A stretch of 64,000 bases of DNA from Candidatus Berkelbacteria bacterium RIFCSPLOWO2_01_FULL_50_28 (lineage in GTDB: Bacteria > Patescibacteriota > UBA1384 > 2-12-FULL-50-11). This document shows positions 1 to 9,239 of the stretch, one piece after another. Each line of letters begins with the position of its first letter. The stretch's first letter is position 1. The notes under the pieces are model-generated. The model ran no database searches, was not told where the DNA came from, and saw only the letters and a program-made list of their open reading frames with translations. The translations under genes were made by a program, and so were the position numbers. The stretch covers positions 9,903 to 73,902 of the forward strand of contig MEZX01000003.1 of the NCBI GenBank assembly GCA_001774395.1. Reading direction: 5' to 3'.

Positions 1-37
1 CTTGACAAGACCCGTATAAAAGCCGAACAATCAATAC

Positions 38-892
38 ATGGGCGACGAACTAAATAAAATTGCGATCTTCCAGAAAAAGGAAGTCCGGAAGGTTATTCAT
101 AAAAACGAATGGTGGTTTGTTATTAATGACATTATTGTGGCGCTTACCGATTCCGCCAATCCAGCCCAGTATTTAAAAAATATTCGCAATCGAGATATCG
201 AACTGAATTCGCTTTTTGAGCCGGTGGAAAAAGGGGGGGTTCAAATTGAACCCCCCCTTGCTTTGTCATTCGATACACCGGGTGGCAAGCAAAAACTTTT
301 ATGTTGGCACACCGAGGGTATCTTTCGCCTGGTTCAGTCGATTCCATCACCCAAAGCCGAGCCGTTCAAGCGATGGCTGGCGAAAGTCGGTTATGAACGG
401 GTTCAAGAGATCGAAGACCCAGAGCTCGCCCAAAAACGGATGAAAGCACTGTATAAAGCCAAAGGCTATTCCGACGGCTGGATCGAAAAACGGGTCCGGG
501 GTATTGTTGTGCGGGGAGAGCTAACCGACGAGTGGCAGAAACGGGGAGTGCAAGAAGGCAGAGAATATTCAATTTTGACGGCGGAGATTTCCAGGGCAGC
601 GTTTGGAGTGACACCGTCAGAATACAAAAAACTCAAAGGTTTGGAACGAGAGAACCTGCGTGACCACATGACTGACCTCGAGCTAATCTTTAGTATGCTT
701 GGCGAAGCTTCTACGACTGAAATTGCCCGCGAAGACGACGCTCAAGGGTTCGACCAAAATAAGGACGCCGCCATCCGTGGCGGTGGTGTGGCCGGCCAAG
801 GCCGCAAACAACTGGAGAAAGAAACGAACAAAAAAGTCATCAGCCCGGCTAATTTCAAAGAGGAAACCAGGAAATTGGAGGATAATGCATAA
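38..892 (+). CDS. BRO-N domain protein (phage antirepressor-like)
   Basis: N-terminal WWFVINDII...L and RLVQSIPSPKAEPFKRWLA motifs typical of Bro-N; C-terminal NLRDHMTDLELIF. Confidence 0.8.
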   Translation: MGDELNKIAIFQKKEVRKVIHKNEWWFVINDIIVALTDSANPAQYLKNIRNRDIELNSLFEPVEKGGVQIEPPLALSFDTPGGKQKLLCWHTEGIFRLVQSIPSPKAEPFKRWLAKVGYERVQEIEDPELAQKRMKALYKAKGYSDGWIEKRVRGIVVRGELTDEWQKRGVQEGREYSILTAEISRAAFGVTPSEYKKLKGLERENLRDHMTDLELIFSMLGEASTTEIAREDDAQGFDQNKDAAIRGGGVAGQGRKQLEKETNKKVISPANFKEETRKLEDNA

Positions 893-1570
893 ACTTTCCC
901 CATCTGATTTCGCGTATTTGTACGAGGAGTGCAAGCTTTGCTACTGCTTGAAAGTCAAAGAAAAAATTGGCCAGCCGAGCATGTCGATGCCGGGGGTATT
1001 TTTGACGATGAATTCACTGATGCAAAACAGCGTCGTCGGTAAAAACCTGCGATCGATCTCTGCCGATCTGCCAGATGGCGAAGTAATTAAACAGGAAGGT
1101 TTTGTTAAGTCTCAGCCAATCCCTGGTACTTCTGTGTTTATCGGCGGCAAATACGACTTACTCGTTAAAATTCGGACGGAACGCACACGCTGGTGGATCT
1201 GAAAATCTCTAAACCCAGCGACGGAAAAGCCCAGATGTATCAAAGCCAGCTCTGGGCGTATCAATACGCCCTGGAAAACCCGGACGAAGGCGATCCGTTG
1301 AAAATATCTAAACTGGCGCTGCTAATTTTCTATCCAGAAAGTGTCTTGTTCGAAAACGGTCAGGCCAACCTAACTTTCCCACCGCAGTGGCTGGAAGTGG
1401 AATATAACCACGACGGTTTTATGAATTTTATGAAAGAAGTGAACACCCTACTGGTCGGCCCGTTGCCGGACGAAGGCGAAACCTGCAAATGGTGCGCCTA
1501 CCGCCACAAAGGCGAAGAGATTGCTCACCACCTCCAGTCTTTGCCAACCGGCGACGAGCCACCGTTTTAG
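885..1570 (+). pseudogene. PD-(D/E)XK nuclease (Cas4/AddB-like, 4 Cys), split by a 1-nt frameshift
   Basis: ATG 885 gives MHKLSPSDF..ECKLCY..GGKYDLLVK; adding one A to the run at 1167-1170 gives NSDGTHTLVDLKISK..QLWAY..CKWCAY. Confidence 0.75.
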
Positions 1571-1656
1571 CAAAAATTATTAAAGAAGGATGTGACGAAT
1601 GCGTCTATCACTCGGGCCGAAGCGAAATTTTGAGTGAGTAGTATAATCAAGGCAGA

Positions 1657-2220
1657 ATGAAAAGAAAAAATTTACTATTTGGTGGAGTGCTAGTTCTTCT
1701 TTTAGCTGTTGGGTATATTCTCTACTCACCAAATCAGGCAAGCGAACAAAACACTAGCGTTTCTTCGGCTGAAGAAACTTTTACAGAACTTGATTTTTCT
1801 GCTGAGCAGCTCAAGGATTACTATATCGTCTATGAAAATCCATTCGTGATTGCCATACGAACTTCATTGAACAATTACTTGGACGGGAATATTGATACTG
1901 GATTCGGAGATACCACAACAGCAATCGATTCAAGCACGGGTGATGACGGTACGGTTTACGGCCTAGATTCATTTGACAAGGAATACTATCAAAGTAAATT
2001 CATTGTCTTTGCGAGGAATGAATACAATTGGGGTGGTGAACTGATCAATATCGTATTTGTTGATAAACCGGACAAACTCTTTACTGCATGGATGTACAAG
2101 GGTGCTAGCGGATATGAGATGAGAGGATTCTCGCAAAATACTACTTTCGGTGCTCCTGAAATGAAAAAATTCAATCAACAATACGCAAAATTCTTTAGAG
2201 ATACCGAGCACAGTTTGTAA
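1657..2220 (+). CDS. Hypothetical exported/membrane-anchored protein
   Basis: 187-aa ORF with N-terminal hydrophobic anchor; TATAAT just upstream. Confidence 0.75.
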   Translation: MKRKNLLFGGVLVLLLAVGYILYSPNQASEQNTSVSSAEETFTELDFSAEQLKDYYIVYENPFVIAIRTSLNNYLDGNIDTGFGDTTTAIDSSTGDDGTVYGLDSFDKEYYQSKFIVFARNEYNWGGELINIVFVDKPDKLFTAWMYKGASGYEMRGFSQNTTFGAPEMKKFNQQYAKFFRDTEHSL

Positions 2221-2303
2221 AGAATTAATTCCAACAATCTTAGGTCGCCGGCGGAATCAACCAACCAATCCGCAAATTATGCTGTCCGATAAACTCGCAA
2301 TCA

Positions 2304-2330
2304 ATCCCGGGCTCTGGATTTTCGTGCAAT
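2304..2330 (+). repeat. Cassette-junction motif copy A (CCCGGGCTCTGGATTTT)
   Basis: Matches copies near 2710, 3282 and 4391. Confidence 0.55.
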
Positions 2331-2437
2331 TCTCTCCCCAACACCTTGACCTTACAGGGGAAATATGAAATAATTCCGACCGTGTTGAGGGGTAATAACA
2401 ACGCAAGTCACATTGCGCTCAATACAGGGAGACAGTA

Positions 2438-2629
2438 ATGCCAGACATGATAACGTTCAGATGGGGAGACAAGCAGTACACTGCTCCCCGGGTAGTACAG
2501 ACCGACGATCTGTTGATCCGGCTTCCCGACGGCACGATCCTCAAGGTTCTGGAGTGGACGAAGGATGATCCGCCCCAGCCCATGTCAATTGGAAATCTGA
2601 GGATCGAAGACGCGACGCAGTCAAGCTAA
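2438..2629 (+). CDS. Small hypothetical protein
   Basis: GGGAG SD, upstream TTGACC promoter-like element at 2346, downstream hairpin. Confidence 0.65.
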   Translation: MPDMITFRWGDKQYTAPRVVQTDDLLIRLPDGTILKVLEWTKDDPPQPMSIGNLRIEDATQSS

Positions 2630-2649
2630 AACTCGCACGGTTCTTGCCA

Positions 2650-2692
2650 GGCGCTCAGCCCCAGTCTACAAGCTGGAGCTGGGCGCCATTTT
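2650..2692 (+). terminator. Intrinsic terminator-like hairpin
   Basis: GGCGCTCAGCCCCAG..CTGGAGCTGGGCGCC followed by ATTTT. Confidence 0.6.
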
Positions 2693-2756
2693 CATACCCC
2701 AAACTTCCACCCGGGCTCTGGATATTTGCTCAATTTTTCGGTACAATTTGGCGGCT
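2689..2756 (+). repeat. Cassette-junction motif copy B
   Basis: 2711-2756 matches 4391-4436 at 37/46 positions; 2689-2705 matches 5106-5122 at 16/17. Confidence 0.65.
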
Positions 2757-2781
2757 GGAATATGTTTTCAGCGGGAGGCTC

Positions 2782-3240
2782 GTGTTGCGTACATTTATTG
2801 ATTACTCACACTCCATTTTCAGTTTGGAGCCCGTGGGGGGCGTGTCTAGACAAGACCTGAGTGCGATAGTCGATGCTTTCAAAGCCAAGGGCATTAACCC
2901 CCATGATGAGACCTTCGATAGCGAACAGCATCGAGGAAGAAGGATCTTACTTTCAAGAGAGTGGACACTTAGCGATTTTTCAACCATTGCGACTTGTGAC
3001 TTTCTCTTTGTCCTTCAGGAAGGTGTCCTGACCGAGAAGATGCTACTGGACATAGGTTATTGTCTCAGCGAGACAATCCCAATTGTTGTCGCCGCCAAGT
3101 ACGATATCTACGGTTCATGCATACCACACATCGGTGAGTTTTGTTTGCGTTGGCGGAGAGTTTCCGAGTTAGTCGAGCAAATAGCCGTTGCCGACTTTGC
3201 TAAGCTAAGTCGTAAAATCGCAAAACGAAATCCGACGTGA
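2782..3240 (+). CDS. Nucleoside 2-deoxyribosyltransferase-like protein
   Basis: GGGAGG SD before GTG 2782; CDFLFVL..MLLDIGYCL..IPIVV resembles the NDT-fold D..ExGYA..P signature. Confidence 0.5.
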   Translation: MLRTFIDYSHSIFSLEPVGGVSRQDLSAIVDAFKAKGINPHDETFDSEQHRGRRILLSREWTLSDFSTIATCDFLFVLQEGVLTEKMLLDIGYCLSETIPIVVAAKYDIYGSCIPHIGEFCLRWRRVSELVEQIAVADFAKLSRKIAKRNPT

Positions 3241-3268
3241 GGGACTTGTTCCCTCACGTCATCCTTTT
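3234..3268 (+). terminator. Intrinsic terminator
   Basis: GACGTGAGGGA-cttgt-TCCCTCACGTC then CCTTTT. Confidence 0.75.
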
Positions 3269-3369
3269 GCCCAAACCCCTCACCCAAACTCTGGATTTTT
3301 ACTACAAATTACTAAAGAAAAACTGGCTCGGTCGAAACAAGTTCAACCGAGCCGATCCGGGAGTTCCGC

Positions 3370-3579
3370 TTATGTGAGCGGTTCAAGGTTCTCGCAACGC
3401 GGAGTGGGGCAGCGCAGTTCCCCTGGTACGGCCCTGACCGCATTGTGGCAGCTCGGGCAGATGAGGGTTTGCTGGTTCTCCACCAGCTGGCGAACTCCGG
3501 AGTCTGAGTGCAGAACTCCATCCACGCGATTCCACGAATGTTCATCGGCGGGAATTGTCATAAGAACTTTTTGGGGCAT
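3370..3579 (-). CDS. Small Zn-ribbon protein
   Basis: GGAGGAAGG SD, CPSC...CPTPRC motif, TTGACT/TATAGT promoter upstream, terminator hairpin ~3314-3354. Confidence 0.65.
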   Translation of the reverse strand: MPQKVLMTIPADEHSWNRVDGVLHSDSGVRQLVENQQTLICPSCHNAVRAVPGELRCPTPRCENLEPLT

Positions 3580-3687
3580 TACTTCCTTCCTCCGTGCGAG
3601 TTTGCACGCTGGGGTAACTATAGACACAGTTACCAAAAAGTCAACGATCCGGTTGGATTACCGCAATATATAAGTTCTAGGAGGAAA

Positions 3688-4356
3688 TCATTTAATGACA
3701 GAACCAGAAATTTGTGAAATTAATGTCGTTTTATCTTGTTGATAATTAGTTGAGTCGGTATGTAATCTGTACTCAATTGAAGAAGCTGGTTGACTATAAA
3801 GGAGAACACACCCAATTTGTACTGATTCGTCAACTCGATCTTCAAGGCAACGATATTTGCCTGTAGAGATGCTCGTTGTTGGAATGATGACAGTTGGTTT
3901 TCTGTTAATTGGGTTTAAGGTTAAGGGGTAGTCCTCAATGTTTTTTGGTACTGCAGCCCCAGATAATTTTAGGTACACAATTAATGATCTAGGGAAGCCA
4001 GTATAGAAATAATCTGTGTAAGCCAGCGTACTGCTATCTACTACATCTTTGTTATCAGCAGCTTGTGAATCTGCAAGGGCTTTTGATTTCTCGTCAGGGA
4101 AAGCCACAGCATTTACGCCTTTCCCGAAAGGCCAGCCAGCTTCACTCATCCAATCATTTTGATTGGGAATAGCTACTTTAGTTTTACCCCCATCGACATT
4201 AATTTTTATTGAGTTGTCAATTGATTCTTCTGTCGTAGATTTTTCTATCCCAGAGCTTTCCTTATCTGGTTGAAGATAGGCGTAAGTTGCGACTACGGCA
4301 ATAAAAATGAATAAGAGCAATACCACTAAAACAAAGATTTTGCGCTGGGAGTTCAT
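3688..4356 (-). CDS. Hypothetical membrane-anchored protein (AT-rich)
   Basis: ORF with N-terminal TM helix (MNSQRKIFVLVV...). Confidence 0.7.
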   Translation of the reverse strand: MNSQRKIFVLVVLLLFIFIAVVATYAYLQPDKESSGIEKSTTEESIDNSIKINVDGGKTKVAIPNQNDWMSEAGWPFGKGVNAVAFPDEKSKALADSQAADNKDVVDSSTLAYTDYFYTGFPRSLIVYLKLSGAAVPKNIEDYPLTLNPINRKPTVIIPTTSISTGKYRCLEDRVDESVQIGCVLLYSQPASSIEYRLHTDSTNYQQDKTTLISQISGSVIK

Positions 4357-4390
4357 GAATAAATGATAACAATTTTTGCTAAATGTCGCA

Positions 4391-4436
4391 TCGGGTTCTG
4401 GATTTTTGTTCAATTTTTTGATACAAATTGACGACT
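4391..4436 (+). repeat. Cassette-junction motif copy D
   Basis: TCGGGTTCTGGATTTTTGTTCAATTTTTTGATACAAATTGACGACT, similar to 2711-2756. Confidence 0.65.
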
Positions 4437-4441
4437 TTTTG

Positions 4442-4738
4442 CTAGCGGTTGGCGGCTAGGGCGTAAGGCAGAAAATACGCATCCCAACTCTTTGTGGTTT
4501 CGCCATATTGGTTATCGCTGTAAAACGAATCGGTAAAGACTTCCCGAATACGAGCAATTTCTTTTAAAAACGGTCTGTTATTCGCGTCAGACAAACTCCA
4601 GTCGAGCAGCTCCAGCGCGCGTTCAGCTGCGCCTTCGGCGCGGCTAACATTGATGCCTTTCCATTTCATCGCTCGGCCGATTTCGCTGCCGATATTGCCG
4701 AATTGATAGTAGATATCATGCGACTGCCAGTCTGTCAT
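4442..4738 (-). CDS. Conserved hypothetical helical protein
   Basis: Q.GNIGSEI.RA...ERALELLD motif; overlaps upstream gene by 4 nt. Confidence 0.75.
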   Translation of the reverse strand: MTDWQSHDIYYQFGNIGSEIGRAMKWKGINVSRAEGAAERALELLDWSLSDANNRPFLKEIARIREVFTDSFYSDNQYGETTKSWDAYFLPYALAANR

Positions 4739-5112
4739 TTCACCAGTTCCGCAATGATTTTTCTAATTTTTCCTTGAATTTGTTGGTCTTCGACCGATCG
4801 GGAACGATTATTCTGTGACGGGCGGATATTGATCATCGAGTCGAATTCAATCAAATCGTCATCATTGGGACGGAGATTAATACCCCAAAGATCATTTTGC
4901 TTTGAGCCTCTCTCAAGTAAGAACGCTTCCTCGTCGGCGTGCATCACTCCGCCAATGGCCATAACACCGGAGTCGATGTCAACAACGGTTTTGACGAGTT
5001 CGCCACCAAATTGCTCATTGGCCTTTTTCTGGAGCAGTTCAATTGAAATGCATTTGTCGATTAGTTCTATTGCCATCAAGGATGATATTAGTTCATTCCG
5101 TCGCTTTTTCAT
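4735..5112 (-). CDS. DUF5674-like protein
   Basis: VKTVVDI..HADEE..LL..GS.Q..LWGINL..IEFDSMINIRP motif; true start may be ~5076. Confidence 0.7.
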   Translation of the reverse strand: MKKRRNELISSLMAIELIDKCISIELLQKKANEQFGGELVKTVVDIDSGVMAIGGVMHADEEAFLLERGSKQNDLWGINLRPNDDDLIEFDSMINIRPSQNNRSRSVEDQQIQGKIRKIIAELVK

Positions 5113-5123
5113 ACCCTAAACTC

Positions 5124-5152
5124 TTGACTCTAACTGGTTAAGGAGGTATAGT
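5124..5152 (+). promoter_or_regulatory. Sigma70 promoter
   Basis: TTGACT-17 nt-TATAGT. Confidence 0.7.
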
Positions 5153-5179
5153 TTGGCCTGTCGCGGAGGTTTAAAACCA

Positions 5180-5440
5180 GTGAGCAACCACGAACTTTGG
5201 ATGTGGATTTCCGGAGTGATCGGATTCAGTTGCTTCGTGGTTATTCACTTCACGAAGCTCTTAAAGAATCCTCTGTATGCAGGACTTGTACAGCTAGCGT
5301 CCAACGTTTTCGTTTTCGTCAGCTGGGGCTCGGCTTACATTAGCACTCGGGGATCATTCGCCCTTTTTGGAGTCATATTCCCGATTGTGACGGGGACCAT
5401 TACCATTCGCACGTTACTGCGAGCACGACGTCAATCATAG
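5180..5440 (+). CDS. Small membrane protein
   Basis: GGAGG SD before GTG 5180; three hydrophobic segments. Confidence 0.65.
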   Translation: MSNHELWMWISGVIGFSCFVVIHFTKLLKNPLYAGLVQLASNVFVFVSWGSAYISTRGSFALFGVIFPIVTGTITIRTLLRARRQS

Positions 5441-5477
5441 GCGCGAAGAGGATTCCCCTTCGCGCCGCTTCTTTTTG
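5441..5477 (+). terminator. Intrinsic terminator
   Basis: GGCGCGAAG..CTTCGCGCC then T-rich tail. Confidence 0.7.
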
Positions 5478-5708
5478 CCTAGATTTCCCCTTTAAAATAA
5501 AGAACGAGTGTCCTTTCATGCGGCCGTTCCGTGGCCGCCCCATCTAGTTGCATTATTGGTTCTAACCCATAATCATTCCTAATTCACCATATGCTATATA
5601 TGGCATATGAGCCCAGAAGCCGAGCATTCCGTATGTGGTATACCACATAAAGTGTATTTGGAGGTTTTTGGGTTGATCTTCGTTTGAAAAATCAATAAGA
5701 TTTACTCA

Positions 5709-5885
5709 ATGAGTCCGACACAGGCGAAAAACTTAGAGTCTCGTATTGACCGCTTGGAAAAGCTGGTGGATGTTGTGTTGCGACAAGACGATCAGGATTG
5801 GCTGAGCGACCCCAAACTCGTCGCCAAACTCGATAAAATTGCTGGCGATAAAACTCTAGTCTCCGAAAAAGCCGCCGGTATTTAA
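5709..5885 (+). CDS. Putative antitoxin (58 aa, not in ORF track)
   Basis: MSPTQAKNLESRIDRLEKLVDVVLRQDDQDWLSDPKLVAKLD...; ends 5 nt before a RelE-like gene. Confidence 0.6.
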   Translation: MSPTQAKNLESRIDRLEKLVDVVLRQDDQDWLSDPKLVAKLDKIAGDKTLVSEKAAGI

Positions 5886-5890
5886 ATCCG

Positions 5891-6157
5891 ATGCCGGAGC
5901 TTTTCTACAAGCCCGGCGCTCTGCGGGTTGTCAAAAAGTTTACTGCCGTAGAAATAACTGAATACAAAAATGTGCTGGCCGAAATCAAGCAGTTTCCTGA
6001 CGGCGGGAAATTTCTAAAGGGTTCGCTGAAGGGCTTGAGGAAGTGGAAATACAAAGTCCGGTCGATTCCCTACCGAATAGTTTACCTATTTGAAAATAAC
6101 ACGATTACGATAATCGCTGTTGGCAAACGCAAAGATTTTTACGAGCTGCTAAAGTAA
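5891..6157 (+). CDS. RelE/ParE family toxin
   Basis: 88 aa basic protein with LKGSLKGLRK..YRIVY..IIAVGKRKDFY. Confidence 0.85.
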   Translation: MPELFYKPGALRVVKKFTAVEITEYKNVLAEIKQFPDGGKFLKGSLKGLRKWKYKVRSIPYRIVYLFENNTITIIAVGKRKDFYELLK

Positions 6158-6223
6158 CCCACCCATCCATAATTCCGTCATCCCCAATTTTCCCTCAATC
6201 CTCTCTGCCGGAGGGACTGAGTT

Positions 6224-8041
6224 TTATTTTTTTGATTTGGCGCGCAAGGATGAGTTCAGGATTTTTTTGCGCAAGCGCAGCGACTTTGGCGTTACTTCCA
6301 ATAGCTCGTCGTCTTCCAGAAAATCGATACACTGCTCCAGGCTCATAACAGTCGGCGGCGTTAATATAGTTGGATCTTCCGAACCAGCGGCGCGCATATT
6401 GGTTTTCTGTTTTTCTTTACAGACGTTCATCTCTAAATCGGTGTCGCGCGAATTCAAGCCGACAATCATCCCCTCGTAAACTGGGGTTTGCGGCAGTATG
6501 AAGGTGACGCCGCGCTCTTGCGCGTTATCCAAGCCAAAGACCAGCGCCGTGCCAGTTTCGGAAGCTATTAAGGCACCGTTTCTCATACGATTGATGGCTG
6601 CACTAACCGGCTCAAAGTGCAGGAAGATAGAGTTCATCACGGCCGTGCCGCGAGAGAGCGTAAGTAAAACATTTCGCAACCCTAAAAGACCGCGGGTCGG
6701 AATTTCAAACAGGAGGCGAGTTGTACCGTCCTCGTTCTCGCTTTGCTTGGTAAGTATCCCTTTGCGCCGACCGACTTCGCCGGTGATTGAGCTGGCGTAC
6801 GGACTTTCAACGTCGACGGTTAGCTCTTCAATCGGTTCTTGTACCTTACCGTCAATAACTTTGGTTATAACTTGTGGTTTGCCGATCTGGAGCTCAAATC
6901 CTTCGCGACGCATGGTTTCAATAAAGACCGACAGGTGCAGTTCGCCTCGGCCGGACAAAATATATTCGTTGTTCTCACCCGCTTCCATTCGAAGCGAAAC
7001 GTTCACTTCCAGCTCTTTCAAAATTCGTTCGTGAATTTTTTGGCTAACTAGTTGCGTGCCTTCGCGGCCGATAAACGGTGACGTATTGGCGGAGACGGCC
7101 ATTTTAAGCGTTGGCTCGGCGATGGCGATGGTCGGCAGGGCCTCAGGACTAGCACCGTCAGCGATCGTATCGCCGATGCGGCAGTTCTTCACTCCGGTAA
7201 GGGCAACAATATCGCCGGAAACTGCTTGCTCAACCTGCAGCCGCTTGAGGCCATGATTGACATAAACTCGGTCGATTTTGGCGTTTTCGCGGAAACCCTC
7301 GGGCGTGCCGATGGAAACGGTCAGCCCTGGCTTGGCGACACCGCGCGTAATTTTGCCGATAGCGTATTTGCCCTGGAAACTATCCCAGTCCAGCGCTGAA
7401 ACGAGCATTTGGAACGGCTCGTTATCGGCCTTGGTCGGGGCCGGTGCGTGCTCAAGAATCGCCTCAAAAATTGGATTCAAATTAGCCGGCTCGTGTTGCT
7501 CGGCGACCGTGGGCATATAAGACCAGGCCTTACCCTCGCGGCCGATGGCGTAATAAATTGGAAATTCCAGCTGTGTGACGTCGGTAGCCAAATCCAAAAA
7601 TAAATTCGAAGTTTCGCGGATGACTTTTTCAATTTGCGAATCCGGTTTGTCGATTTTGTTAATAACCACAATTGGCCGGAGCCCCATTTCCAGCGCCTTT
7701 TTCAGGACGAATTTGGTTTGCGGCATCGGACCTTCTTTGGCGTCGATGATTAGAAGCGCGCTGTCGGTCATATTGAGGGTGCGTTCTACTTCACCGCCAA
7801 AGTCGGCGTGACCCGGGGTGTCGACGATATTTATTTTGATGCCGTTGTAAGATACAGCAGTATTTTTGGCCAAAATTGTGATGCCGCGCTCGCGCTCTTG
7901 ATCGTTGGAATCCATAATCAAGTCTTGCGACATCTCGGCCTCGTTGTCGCGGAATGTTTTTGATTGCTTCAGCAAACCGTCCACCAGAGTGGTTTTGCCG
8001 TGATCAACGTGAGCAATTACCGCGACGTTTCGGATAGGCAT
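6224..8041 (-). CDS. typA: Translational GTPase TypA/BipA
   Basis: IRNVAVIAHVDHGKTTLVD, DTPGHADFGGEVER, C-terminal DDELLEVTPKSLRLRK. Confidence 0.97.
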   Translation of the reverse strand: MPIRNVAVIAHVDHGKTTLVDGLLKQSKTFRDNEAEMSQDLIMDSNDQERERGITILAKNTAVSYNGIKINIVDTPGHADFGGEVERTLNMTDSALLIIDAKEGPMPQTKFVLKKALEMGLRPIVVINKIDKPDSQIEKVIRETSNLFLDLATDVTQLEFPIYYAIGREGKAWSYMPTVAEQHEPANLNPIFEAILEHAPAPTKADNEPFQMLVSALDWDSFQGKYAIGKITRGVAKPGLTVSIGTPEGFRENAKIDRVYVNHGLKRLQVEQAVSGDIVALTGVKNCRIGDTIADGASPEALPTIAIAEPTLKMAVSANTSPFIGREGTQLVSQKIHERILKELEVNVSLRMEAGENNEYILSGRGELHLSVFIETMRREGFELQIGKPQVITKVIDGKVQEPIEELTVDVESPYASSITGEVGRRKGILTKQSENEDGTTRLLFEIPTRGLLGLRNVLLTLSRGTAVMNSIFLHFEPVSAAINRMRNGALIASETGTALVFGLDNAQERGVTFILPQTPVYEGMIVGLNSRDTDLEMNVCKEKQKTNMRAAGSEDPTILTPPTVMSLEQCIDFLEDDELLEVTPKSLRLRKKILNSSLRAKSKK

Positions 8042-8043
8042 TT

Positions 8044-9237
8044 TTAGGCGCCAATCCCCACGAATGTTAGAGCCTTGCCGGCTTTATTGATGCGGCCAGT
8101 GCGGCCAATGCGGTGAATATAGTCGGCGTAGTTTTCCGGCGTGTCGAAGTTAATAACGTGCGAAACGTCGGGGATGTCCAGGCCGCGGGCGGCCACGTCC
8201 GTGGCAACTAATATTTCTACACGGTCTTCTTTAAAATCTTTCAGAGCGCGCTGGCGCTGGGACTGACTTTTGTTGCCGTGAATTGAAGCCGTGCCAAATC
8301 CTCGCTCCATCAGAGCGTCATTTAACTTTTGAACGCCGTGTTTTGTGCGGCCAAAAATGAGCACTTTCTTCGCGTCTTCTTGAAGCAAGATATTGTGTAG
8401 CAGGGTCATTTTGTGGAAAGTGTCGGTAAATCGAACGATGTCCTGGTCAACGTTTTGCGAAGTTTCACGTTTTTTGACCGAGATAGTTTCGGGGTTTGTG
8501 GTGAAGCTTTGAATCAGAGCCCGGACCTCGGGTGAAATGGTGGCGGAAAAAAACAGTGACTGGCGCACTTGCGGCAGTTTGGAGATGAGCTCCCGCACAT
8601 CATTAATAAAGCCCATGTCTACCATTCGATCGGCTTCGTCTAGGACGAGATTATTGAAATCGTGCAAGCGCAACGACCGTTGCCCAACGTGATCTTTCAG
8701 TCTTCCCGGCGTGCCGATAACAAACTGGGGGTTACGCCGCAGGGCGTTCAACTGAGTGCCGTAGCCGCTACCGCCCAAGCAAAGGGCCGAGTGGATATTC
8801 ATCCCGCGCGAAAAAGCTTTCAGTTCGTCGTCAATCTGAACGGCTAGCTCTCGGGTGGGAACAACTATTAAGGCTTTTTGTAGGCGATCTTTTAGCATCT
8901 TGTCGAGCAACGGCAGTAGAAACGCCGCTGTCTTACCGGTGCCGGTATCGGCAATGCCGATAACGTCTCGTCCGGTCATAACGATCGGGATAGCCTTATC
9001 TTGAATAGGGGTTGGGGTGACGTAGCCTCGAGCGACTACGCGTTCCAAGACAATTGGGGAAAGCACAAAATCCTCAAACCTGTGAGTTATCGGTTCTTGA
9101 GCTTGATCGGGCACGTCAACCGATTTGTTGACGTACATTGAGGAGTGGACACTCGAAAAGCGCGGTTGTCGCGAGCGACTTCCGAAACCTCTAGAGTTGC
9201 CAAAGCCGCGACTGCGACTTCGCATAGTATTATTCAT
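8044..9237 (-). CDS. DEAD-box RNA helicase
   Basis: TPIQ, TGTGKT, PTRELA, DEAD, SAT, HRIGRTGR motifs. Confidence 0.97.
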   Translation of the reverse strand: MNNTMRSRSRGFGNSRGFGSRSRQPRFSSVHSSMYVNKSVDVPDQAQEPITHRFEDFVLSPIVLERVVARGYVTPTPIQDKAIPIVMTGRDVIGIADTGTGKTAAFLLPLLDKMLKDRLQKALIVVPTRELAVQIDDELKAFSRGMNIHSALCLGGSGYGTQLNALRRNPQFVIGTPGRLKDHVGQRSLRLHDFNNLVLDEADRMVDMGFINDVRELISKLPQVRQSLFFSATISPEVRALIQSFTTNPETISVKKRETSQNVDQDIVRFTDTFHKMTLLHNILLQEDAKKVLIFGRTKHGVQKLNDALMERGFGTASIHGNKSQSQRQRALKDFKEDRVEILVATDVAARGLDIPDVSHVINFDTPENYADYIHRIGRTGRINKAGKALTFVGIGA

Positions 9238-9239
9238 TC

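Noticed and set aside
38-6157. Prophage
   Set aside because: BRO-N, nuclease and TA genes are present but no integrase, structural or replication genes.
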